From an uncultured virus (IMG/VR IMGVR_UViG_3300025782_000006) (Duplodnaviria; Heunggongvirae; Uroviricota; Caudoviricetes), in IMG/VR virus record IMGVR_UViG_3300025782_000006: DNA of 54,252 bases. One strand, given 5' to 3'. The translations under genes were made by a program, and so were the position numbers. The stretch's first letter is position 1. Every line of letters begins with the position of its first letter. The notes under the pieces are model-generated. The model was not told the origin of the DNA and searched no databases. It was given only the letters and a program-made list of their open reading frames with translations. Shown here in pieces: positions 37,157 through 45,483 of this stretch.

Positions 37157-38138
37157 TGAAGACTTCTAATATTTTTGAATCATACGGTATAGTATTAATA
37201 CACCGTTGATTATGTTCAAATACCGCATAATTTTCTTTGTAGAGTTTATCTAAATCTAATTCTAGTAATTTTAAAAACTCTTGCTGTACCGCGGCAAATC
37301 TTTGATCTGCATCTTCTATTGAATCAAAACTGTAGTCAATGAAGTTAACCAGTTTAAATCCCATATCCACCAATCTTTGTATTGAGCCAGGATTAGTAAA
37401 TGGTAGTATAGCATGCCCTTTGATTAGTGGCTCAAATGTTTTTTCTGTGATGTGTATTAAATCTCGCTGTGTGCAATTACTTTCTACATAGGTACTAAAA
37501 TAACTATCTTCATAAAAACTATTTGATACTGGACTGTATGCTCCCATAACCTGATGATCTTCTAAGGTAATACCACGTGTCCTATTAGATACATAGCCAT
37601 TGGAACTATGTTCCAGTATAAATTCATAGTAAGGTTTTCGATAGCCATACTCACGTCCTAGCATACTTAAAAATTTTTTAGATCGTAGATACGATGAATC
37701 TAGTCTAATAGATTTATATTTGCCTTGACTGTAATGGTGCAAGTGTTTGTGTGAAGGAATGGGCTCTGTATAGTAGGCTTTGACACGATTCCACATAAAA
37801 TCCCAGGGTATAATTTTTACAGTTGGGCCCATATCTAATTTAGGACTTTGATTAACTGTTAGGTATACCTTACAGGGATGATCAAATGACCAGACAAATT
37901 GTTTAAATCGATTATGATCATAATCGCTGGTGTTGACTAAATCATAAAACACCACAACCTCTTTAGATTTAGCGATGGTGGTAGTATCGTTTAACCAAGT
38001 TGGACCATGTGTGTTGTAGTGGTCGTTCAAAGGAAAAAAATAATAACGATCCGTTATCATAGTACTGGCGTCATAGCCTAGCAAACTTAAATGATAAGGA
38101 ATATCGTCGCCTTCAATTCCGCGGATATTTTTGATCAT
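37149..38138 (-). CDS. Putative glycosyltransferase (GT-B, GT10-like C-terminus)
   Basis: FYEDSYFSTYVES...ITEKTFEPLIKGH...GF...IDYSFD. Confidence 0.5.
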   Translation of the reverse strand: MIKNIRGIEGDDIPYHLSLLGYDASTMITDRYYFFPLNDHYNTHGPTWLNDTTTIAKSKEVVVFYDLVNTSDYDHNRFKQFVWSFDHPCKVYLTVNQSPKLDMGPTVKIIPWDFMWNRVKAYYTEPIPSHKHLHHYSQGKYKSIRLDSSYLRSKKFLSMLGREYGYRKPYYEFILEHSSNGYVSNRTRGITLEDHQVMGAYSPVSNSFYEDSYFSTYVESNCTQRDLIHITEKTFEPLIKGHAILPFTNPGSIQRLVDMGFKLVNFIDYSFDSIEDADQRFAAVQQEFLKLLELDLDKLYKENYAVFEHNQRCINTIPYDSKILEVFNV

Positions 38139-38820
38139 AGAATTCTTTTAATATTTCTGCTATACGTTTGTGACCAAGTATATTAGGATGGAATAACTTA
38201 CCGGTAAAATATTCATTTGTTCTTATTGTTGGTATACTGTATTCTTGTCCTGCCAGTGCTTGAGTAATTGTTGTTGGGTATATTAGATCCTTATATAGTA
38301 CATGACCAAAGTTATCAGTTGTTAACTGATCAAAGTAACTAAAGAAGATACAGTCAATTTCGTTGTATTGACAAAACTGCTGAAATTGAAATATAGCCTG
38401 ACAAGCAAGAAATTCGTTATATACAGAATCTTCAACTAATCGATAGGTTTGTTGCGCATAGTTATTAAATTGTGGTACTATTTCCGGAGGTCGACCACTT
38501 GGATGTATATTACTAGTTTTGTAAACTGCTTCGGGTGTTATGTTTACAAATTCTTGATCAGCATTACTATAACTCAGATACCGTGTTAGTCCAGATAGTC
38601 CAACAGCAAAAATAGTCTGACGATCCGAATCGTAATGATTCTTAATAAAATCAAATAGTTGTACTACTAAATGACCAATGCTACTAGCCGGCTTTCCCAT
38701 ATTAAGAGATTCTGCATCAAGTGCATTGGCTAAGTGTACTGGCCAAGGTCTCTCACGTGGAATATCTAATTCTGAGCCAAATGTCCAACTATCGCCAAAT
38801 GATACCAATAACGTTTTCAT
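38113..38820 (-). CDS. SGNH/GDSL hydrolase-fold protein
   Basis: FGDSWTFG, NMGKPASS, HPNILGHKRIAE. Confidence 0.8.
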   Translation of the reverse strand: MKTLLVSFGDSWTFGSELDIPRERPWPVHLANALDAESLNMGKPASSIGHLVVQLFDFIKNHYDSDRQTIFAVGLSGLTRYLSYSNADQEFVNITPEAVYKTSNIHPSGRPPEIVPQFNNYAQQTYRLVEDSVYNEFLACQAIFQFQQFCQYNEIDCIFFSYFDQLTTDNFGHVLYKDLIYPTTITQALAGQEYSIPTIRTNEYFTGKLFHPNILGHKRIAEILKEFYDQKYPRN

Positions 38821-38852
38821 ACTGTATTTAAAGTATATTGTATCTAGCCAAC

Positions 38853-38876
38853 AAAAAAGGACCTTTCGGTCCTTTT
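38853..38876 (-). terminator. Intrinsic terminator after the major capsid gene
   Basis: Minus strand reads AAAAGGACC-GAAA-GGTCCTTTTTT. Confidence 0.9.
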
Positions 38877-38939
38877 CTGCCTTCCCATCCCTGGGATGAT
38901 TTGTTGTTTTAACTTTCGTTAAATCAAGTTCAGTCTTGA

Positions 38940-40118
38940 TTATTGGAAAGATAAGTTTGCAACTGCAATCTCACCAACGTAGTCACCAGCGTTACCTAGA
39001 GATGACGCTGTGTTTGTTAACTCAACATAACCATAACGTGTCATGAAGCTAACTACTGGTTCGAATGTAGCTGGGTCAAGAACAACACCAGAGCTCATCA
39101 ATGGGATATATGGGCAATAGAACGCAGCTGCATCAGCTTCGCTTGAACCCTTATAACCAACTAAAACAGCTTGGCTGTCGTTTGCATAACCGTCAACATA
39201 AATCTTCATTGCACCGTTCAATGTACCAACAAACTTAGTGTTTGTAGGTGCTTCGAATGTACCTTCTGTTGTACGAGCAAATGCAGATGTTGTAGCACTT
39301 TGTAGTACTGTTAATGAAGCTGGGGAAACAACTGCCCAGTTACCAGCACCACGACGTGTACGCTGAGCGATCAAGTTAGCTGTACGATTGATTAGAACAG
39401 CTAAAGCAGCGTGCTCATCACCAACGAATGTAGCTGTACCAGATACTGCAGCTTGGTCAAATGTGTAATCAGTTGCAGCAAGAGCACGTAAAGAACCAAG
39501 AATCTCTTGATCGATCTCAACTGTGATCTCTTGAGCTAAAGCAGCCATAATTTCAGCTTCAACATCCAAACCGTGCATAGACTGAGCGTCTTGAGCGGCT
39601 TCAAATGTCCAACGAGCTGATAACTTACGTGTCTTAGCTTCAACAACTTGTTTCAAGATTTGAACGTTGATACGGTTACCAGCAATACCTTCTAAAGAAG
39701 CTGTGCTTGTAGCTTGACCAGTAGTGTTGCTACCAGAGTATGCTGTTGCAATCTTGAATGGTGATAATGCTTCGTCACCAGCTTGTGTGCTTGTTGCGTA
39801 TGCACTTGAGTCAGTTACTGAATCAGCATAACGTACACGTAGTGTATGAATCTGAGCAACTGGACCTGTCATTGGTTGAACACCAACGATTTCGTTAGCA
39901 ATAACAGTTGGCATAACACGACGAATAACTGGAAGAATTACACGGTTAAGTGTAGCTACGTTACCAGCTTGTGTTGAACCTGCTGTTGCATTTTCTGCTA
40001 ACATTTTACGGGTGTTTTCTAAGATTACACCCATTGTTGTACGACGACTACCGTTCAAGCCTTCTAACAGAGCTTCTTTGGTCTCGCCCCAACGGCTTTC
40101 TAATAATGCTTGTGTCAT
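38940..40118 (-). CDS. gp23: Major capsid protein (T4 gp23-like)
   Basis: RRVMPTVIANEIVGVQPMTGP, KTRKLSARWTFEAAQD..HGLDVEAE, EITVEIDQE, FYCPYIPL, FMTRYG. Confidence 0.97.
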   Translation of the reverse strand: MTQALLESRWGETKEALLEGLNGSRRTTMGVILENTRKMLAENATAGSTQAGNVATLNRVILPVIRRVMPTVIANEIVGVQPMTGPVAQIHTLRVRYADSVTDSSAYATSTQAGDEALSPFKIATAYSGSNTTGQATSTASLEGIAGNRINVQILKQVVEAKTRKLSARWTFEAAQDAQSMHGLDVEAEIMAALAQEITVEIDQEILGSLRALAATDYTFDQAAVSGTATFVGDEHAALAVLINRTANLIAQRTRRGAGNWAVVSPASLTVLQSATTSAFARTTEGTFEAPTNTKFVGTLNGAMKIYVDGYANDSQAVLVGYKGSSEADAAAFYCPYIPLMSSGVVLDPATFEPVVSFMTRYGYVELTNTASSLGNAGDYVGEIAVANLSFQ

Positions 40119-40143
40119 GATATTTCCTCTTTCCTTTTAGGGT

Positions 40144-41259
40144 TTATTTAAGCCCTGCTAAACGTTTCATTTCATAAACGTTTGACATTACGTCAGCGGC
40201 TTGTGAACTTTCAACGGCAGTTTTAGCAGTTTTATCACCAGTAACTTCTACACGGCTCTCTGTCAAAGCAACCTTAGCGGCTGGCTTAGTAACAGGGGAG
40301 TTGTTTAGAACTGCTGGTAGATACTTTTCGTATGCACTCTGAAGACGATCAGTTTGCACACTCTCGAGTAGGTCACGCATAATTGCTGACTTCTCTTTGT
40401 TCAAAGGCTTCAACATTTCTGCAAGTTTTTCTTTGCGTTCTGCTGACTCTTTGATAATTTTTATTTCTGTTTCTTTTGATTCAACTAGAGCTTTCTTTTC
40501 TTCAATTGCTGATACTGCTTCAGACAATTTAGCGGTTACAGTCTCGACTTGAGCTTGTAACGCACGGATTTGCTTGTTCTCATTTAAATGAGTACCTGCA
40601 AACTCGCTGGCGAATGCTTCGAACAGACGACGACCAAACATGTTCTCGCGAGCAATTTGGATATCTTCTTTTAGTTGAGTCAGTTCTGACTCTAACGAAT
40701 TGGTTACGGCCTCTTTAACAGCTTCAGCAGATTGCTTAATGAATTTGGCTTGTAGTTCAGCTAATTTAGCTTTACCTTCTGCAACTAGACGAACCTTAGT
40801 TTCCACTACGGCTTTCTTGTCTTGTTCAAATTCTTGAATTTCTTCTGCTAATGCACGCATTGTAAATGACTCGAGTTTGCCAATGGCATTCTCGTATGTC
40901 TTACGATCCGCACGTAGTTCTTTAATTTCTTCTGATAATTTACTTACCATGAAACTATTGAACTTGCTGGCTGATTCAATCATGTGCTGTTTAAATGCAA
41001 CACGGTCTTCAGCTAATTGTTGTTTTTCGTCTGCAAACTCTTTAAGTTCAGCAGTGAGAGACTCTGTTACCATTTTGTCTAGAGCTTCAACCATTACTTG
41101 CTTGTCATGTTGATAACGTTGAGCAAATTCTTCGCGTAATTCTGCACGAACTTGTTCTTTGGCTTCAGTAATGCGTGATTCCCAAGCTTCAGCAATAGCT
41201 TGCTTGGTATCTTCATTAATGATTCCGTTATCCAACAATGGTTTGATAGCATCTAACAT
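40144..41259 (-). CDS. gp22: Prohead core scaffold protein (gp22-like)
   Basis: Coiled-coil E/K/A-rich protein between the protease and MCP genes, with many (L/I)xE sites. Confidence 0.85.
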   Translation of the reverse strand: MLDAIKPLLDNGIINEDTKQAIAEAWESRITEAKEQVRAELREEFAQRYQHDKQVMVEALDKMVTESLTAELKEFADEKQQLAEDRVAFKQHMIESASKFNSFMVSKLSEEIKELRADRKTYENAIGKLESFTMRALAEEIQEFEQDKKAVVETKVRLVAEGKAKLAELQAKFIKQSAEAVKEAVTNSLESELTQLKEDIQIARENMFGRRLFEAFASEFAGTHLNENKQIRALQAQVETVTAKLSEAVSAIEEKKALVESKETEIKIIKESAERKEKLAEMLKPLNKEKSAIMRDLLESVQTDRLQSAYEKYLPAVLNNSPVTKPAAKVALTESRVEVTGDKTAKTAVESSQAADVMSNVYEMKRLAGLK

Positions 41260-41271
41260 TGGATATTTCTC

Positions 41272-41910
41272 CTATAATTTTAAATCTTTGATTAGGGCTT
41301 CGATGCCCTGTTTCAGGTACTTCTGTACTTTTTGATCTTGAGCGGCTTCACGTGCCGTTTCAAATACCTGTTGTCCGCCACGCATATTCATCAAGCCTTC
41401 ATAGATGGCTTTAGGATAAGCATGAGGAGCACTAGGTTGTGCTACGATGTCAACGGTAATGATTTCAAAATCACTAACGTGTCCACTTCCTTCGTTTACC
41501 TGACCTGATCCACGTGAGCTAACACCTAGCTTAACACCACTTGTTAACATGGCTTCAACTAGTTGTCCCATTGGGGTAGGTAATATTGATAGTTCACCGA
41601 AACCGCAAGGGCCATCCATCCACATTTTGTCGATTTTATGGCTTACACGATCTAAGTTAATTTTTAGGTCATCTGGATGATCTACTTCGCCTAAGACAGA
41701 GTAGCCACCTTTGATTTGTTCATTAATAGTAGAGACAGCTTTTTCAATTTCATGAACGGGATAAACACGTTGGTTAGCGTTCTTTACGCCGCCCTCGATG
41801 AATATCCCTTTCATTTTCAGAGTCTTACCTTTCCCGTCGGCACGGTCTAATGCTTCAACAACAAGACCGGCCCGGTCGAATGATAAAGTCTCTTTTAGGT
41901 ACAAAGCCAT
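41272..41910 (-). CDS. gp21: Prohead protease (gp21-like)
   Basis: KNANQRVYP, LGEVDHP, RVSH, GVSSRGSG, DIVAQPSAPHA. Confidence 0.95.
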   Translation of the reverse strand: MALYLKETLSFDRAGLVVEALDRADGKGKTLKMKGIFIEGGVKNANQRVYPVHEIEKAVSTINEQIKGGYSVLGEVDHPDDLKINLDRVSHKIDKMWMDGPCGFGELSILPTPMGQLVEAMLTSGVKLGVSSRGSGQVNEGSGHVSDFEIITVDIVAQPSAPHAYPKAIYEGLMNMRGGQQVFETAREAAQDQKVQKYLKQGIEALIKDLKL

Positions 41911-41928
41911 TTTGTGTTCCCTAATCTA

Positions 41929-42900
41929 TTAACGTACACGTCCGCCGATTTCAGATTTCTTATTAACAGAAACCTTACCGTCTTTAGCTGCACCAACCTT
42001 TTCACCTGTTTCGCTGTCGCCGTTTTTCTCAGCGCCATGACCTGCAGGTTCAGCTTTTAGCTTTTTGTCGCCGCCAGGTGTATTACCTACGTTACCGATC
42101 AATTTGCCTTCGCCTTTACTGTATTCATTGCTTGGCTTTTCAATTGGCTTACCATCTGGAGCTTGTTCAGCACCTTTGAAGTCAACTGACTCACCACCAA
42201 AATCAGCACCAGGACCTACTGAACCAGGCTTCTTGTTTACGGCAACACGCTTGCTGTCGCCACCGCCAACTTTAGTACCTTCTTCAGCGTCACCAGGACC
42301 GCCATAAATATCACCGATTTGGTCTACGTATTCACGCATGATTTCAGAAGTAGATTTTTTGTACTGCTTGGATTCAGTCTTTTTGCCTTTTGGCTCTTTA
42401 GATTCTTCCTCTTCCTCTTCTTCCTCTTCTTCAGAGGCTTCCATCATGGACTCTTCTTCCATATCTGCTGCGCTATCAAACTCAGCTGGCTCAGTGTCCA
42501 TTTCATCGGAGTGTTCTTCGTGACCCATGATTTCATCAAACTTAGCTAGCAACTCGTCTAACTTAGCATCAATGTTCATCACTTGATCTTCAATTTCTTC
42601 ATGCTCTTCAGATTCTTCATCGTGGCCGACCATTTCGTCGCCCATTTCATTGTGATCAGCATCAAGATCAAATTCTTCTTCACCTTCTTCATCTTCCATG
42701 TGTGCTTCTTCATCACTCACTTCGTGTGTTAGGCTTTCTACGTTGTCAGCAGCATGTACTTTCTCTTCCATGTGCTCTTCGTCCATGATAGATTCATAAA
42801 TGTCGCGACTCTTTTCTACTACGATATCGTGAAATAATTCACGTGCTTTTTGATCTTCATCATTAATGATAAATTCAATTAATTTTTCAAACTTGTTCAT
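41929..42900 (-). CDS. Acidic prohead core protein (gp67/gp68-like position)
   Basis: Very acidic with a poly-E tract. Lies between the portal and protease genes. Late box and AGGAG SD. Confidence 0.65.
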   Translation of the reverse strand: MNKFEKLIEFIINDEDQKARELFHDIVVEKSRDIYESIMDEEHMEEKVHAADNVESLTHEVSDEEAHMEDEEGEEEFDLDADHNEMGDEMVGHDEESEEHEEIEDQVMNIDAKLDELLAKFDEIMGHEEHSDEMDTEPAEFDSAADMEEESMMEASEEEEEEEEEESKEPKGKKTESKQYKKSTSEIMREYVDQIGDIYGGPGDAEEGTKVGGGDSKRVAVNKKPGSVGPGADFGGESVDFKGAEQAPDGKPIEKPSNEYSKGEGKLIGNVGNTPGGDKKLKAEPAGHGAEKNGDSETGEKVGAAKDGKVSVNKKSEIGGRVR

Positions 42901-42996
42901 GAGAACTCCTTATAAATGTGGCTTTGTAAAGTTATTTACACAAAACTACGTATATAATAGTTAAATAGGTGTTTTTTGAAGGATTTTACAGAAAGA

Positions 42997-43230
42997 TTAC
43001 AGGCCCAATGCACCTGCACCAGCTTCTGGGGCTGGTTGATACTGTTTTGATATGGATTTGAGCTTTTTTTCGTGCTCTAATTTCTTAACGTCATGACTAC
43101 GTCTTAACTGATTCAAGTGTGCCAAAGTCAAGCGAGTTTTACGACTATCGTCCATTTTAAGAACCGACTGATCGTCTTTTTCGCTGTAGTAGCCTGCTGG
43201 GGCTTGGTCAAACATCTCAGTAATATTCAT
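42997..43230 (-). CDS. Small head-module protein
   Basis: 77 aa with RKTRLTLAHLNQLR. Late box 5 nt upstream of the ATG. Confidence 0.65.
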   Translation of the reverse strand: MNITEMFDQAPAGYYSEKDDQSVLKMDDSRKTRLTLAHLNQLRRSHDVKKLEHEKKLKSISKQYQPAPEAGAGALGL

Positions 43231-43251
43231 ACTACTATTTACCGTTTTAGT

Positions 43252-44967
43252 TTAAACTGCGGGTGCTGGGGCAGCACCGGGAGCGCCCATGCCGCTAGGC
43301 TGTGTTGCACCTGCCATGTTTGGACCACCAGCAGCACCTTGTGCTAAGGGTGCTGGTCCTAGAGCTTCTAAGTCAGCATCAATACCACCCGGGCTTAGTC
43401 CAGTATTGCTGTTACGCAGAGATGGAGCTTCGGGTTGAGCAGATTCAACGTCACCACGCTCTTCAGAAAACATTTGTTCGTTTTCTGAAATTTCTTGCTC
43501 AGTCATACCTAAATAGCGTTTCATTAAGAAACGTTTGCTTAGATAAGGCAGTGGTTCTAACTGTACAAATGTATTAATACGTGCTTGGTCAATGTCAGCT
43601 TGACGATATTGTGCAAAGTTTTGTGGTTCATTGAACTGTAATTCAAACAGTGAGCCTTCAATATTAAAGCCTCTCCAACGCATAAACAGCTTAAATTCTG
43701 CATCTAGTTTATCGGCAATCAAACTCTGCAGACGCATACAGTATTGGTTAAAACGCCATTCTTGTATGAGTGCTTGTCCCACACGACCGTCATTATAACC
43801 TTGACTGCCATCTTCGGCTGTGGTAGGCAAATAGCTACTGGGAATACGTAAACCGCGGAATAACTTGTTGGTAAAGAAGCGCAAGTCAGTAATTTCGCCT
43901 AGGTTTTGACCGCCGGGGAATACGTCTACGCTACTACCACGTCCATCAGCTGTTACTGGGAAGAAGTAGTCTTCGTTTTGACTCAATGGATTGTATGTAG
44001 CATCCATCATGTTTTGGCTACCAGATCCTGCACCTGTTTGTGTAGGAATACGACGTTGATGTATTTCGTTTTTAATACGTTCAACAAACGCCATGGCCAT
44101 ATGACTTGGCATATTACCCACGTCAATTTTGAATACACGACGTTCTGGGGCACGTTGCACACGATAGATAATGATACTATCTTCAAGCAATTCTTTTTGT
44201 TTGAAAACTTTAAAAATGTTTTCTAATACAGAGTTACCAAATGGCCAATATACATCTAAGCCTTCAGTTAAACTAATATGAACTACGTGTTCAGCATTAA
44301 TAACTGCTTCATTACGTGCATGACTAAAGCGTGAGCCACCACCAAATGGTGCTTGTGGTTGTGTGTATGCCCCACTAGGACCGCCTGTCTGTGGGTGATT
44401 TACATAGGTATCTGTTGTTGAAACTGCGGTAACAGTTAAGTTTTGGAAGTTAGGATTTAGATCTTTGATCAAATACTGTTCGGGCTTTTTACCTTCACCT
44501 TCGTTGACAATAACTTTGGTAACCTTAGACATTTCTGTCCAAAATAGTTTAAAGTTTTCTGGGTCACGGATGAATACTTGGTCGCCGTACTTGAATACGT
44601 TACGAACAATTTTGAATATACGTTTGTTAAATTCGTTAAGTGCTACCCATTGTTGCAGTTGCTCGTTAATGATTTTGATTTCATTATCGCTGGGTTTGTC
44701 TTTGAATTTGATACGGAATGCTGTGTAGTTTTCTTGATTCTTTTGACTACAGAACTCAGCTAAAATATCTAGTGCAGCATTGACTTCAGAGTCCATGTCC
44801 ATTTGTTCGTATTGATTATAACGTTCAACACGATTTGGTTGACCAGTATAGACTTCAGGCAATTGACTTTGATAATTGCGGTAGCCAGGGTCTACAGCAC
44901 GCCCGTTTCCTAGCGGACTTACGTTACTGGGTAAATTTGATGTCTTAAAATATTTGCGCCATGTCAT
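43252..44967 (-). CDS. gp20: Portal vertex protein (T4 gp20-like)
   Basis: EVNAALD, LEDSIIIYRVQRAPERRVFKIDVGNMP, EDYFFP, LFRGLRIPSSYL. Confidence 0.97.
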   Translation of the reverse strand: MTWRKYFKTSNLPSNVSPLGNGRAVDPGYRNYQSQLPEVYTGQPNRVERYNQYEQMDMDSEVNAALDILAEFCSQKNQENYTAFRIKFKDKPSDNEIKIINEQLQQWVALNEFNKRIFKIVRNVFKYGDQVFIRDPENFKLFWTEMSKVTKVIVNEGEGKKPEQYLIKDLNPNFQNLTVTAVSTTDTYVNHPQTGGPSGAYTQPQAPFGGGSRFSHARNEAVINAEHVVHISLTEGLDVYWPFGNSVLENIFKVFKQKELLEDSIIIYRVQRAPERRVFKIDVGNMPSHMAMAFVERIKNEIHQRRIPTQTGAGSGSQNMMDATYNPLSQNEDYFFPVTADGRGSSVDVFPGGQNLGEITDLRFFTNKLFRGLRIPSSYLPTTAEDGSQGYNDGRVGQALIQEWRFNQYCMRLQSLIADKLDAEFKLFMRWRGFNIEGSLFELQFNEPQNFAQYRQADIDQARINTFVQLEPLPYLSKRFLMKRYLGMTEQEISENEQMFSEERGDVESAQPEAPSLRNSNTGLSPGGIDADLEALGPAPLAQGAAGGPNMAGATQPSGMGAPGAAPAPAV

Positions 44968-45449
44968 ACAGAGTGTCCGTTTCTTCTACGAGTTTCCATC
45001 ATTTTTTCTATTCGTTTTTGTTTATACACTGGATCTGCCCATAGATTTTTAACTGCATTTTTTATATTATTAGCATGAGTTTCTGCTTTAGGTAGTCTGT
45101 ATTTTTGTTTATGGTCTTCGGTCCTAACTTTCCCCAAATTACCCTCACTAATGCGTTTTTTAGCAGATTCTGAATGTTTCCATCCTGGTTCTGCTACCCA
45201 TCTTGTTATTTTTTTATTGTCGAGAACGCCGCCGTCAACTTTTCTTCCGTATTGTTTTATTAACTGATTTTCTAACTCGTATGCTTCTTTATTACTAAGT
45301 CCATCTTTAATTATAATACGTCTTTCGGGAGGAGGTATTTTTGTGTAAAGATGCTTTTCGCGAATCCTAGTTCCGCTACCTTTACCAATATAATATGGCT
45401 GACCATCTTCGTTGATGTACTGATAAACGTAATATTTGTTGCCGGCCAT
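44964..45449 (-). CDS. Free-standing GIY-YIG homing endonuclease with NUMOD3-like tail
   Basis: YYVYQY...PYYIGKGSGTR...E...LDN, then HSESAKKRIS. Its stop overlaps the portal start (ATGA). TATAAATA at 45471-45478. Confidence 0.85.
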   Translation of the reverse strand: MAGNKYYVYQYINEDGQPYYIGKGSGTRIREKHLYTKIPPPERRIIIKDGLSNKEAYELENQLIKQYGRKVDGGVLDNKKITRWVAEPGWKHSESAKKRISEGNLGKVRTEDHKQKYRLPKAETHANNIKNAVKNLWADPVYKQKRIEKMMETRRRNGHSV

Positions 45450-45483
45450 ATGATTTTCTCTCGTATGCTATATTTATAGCATT

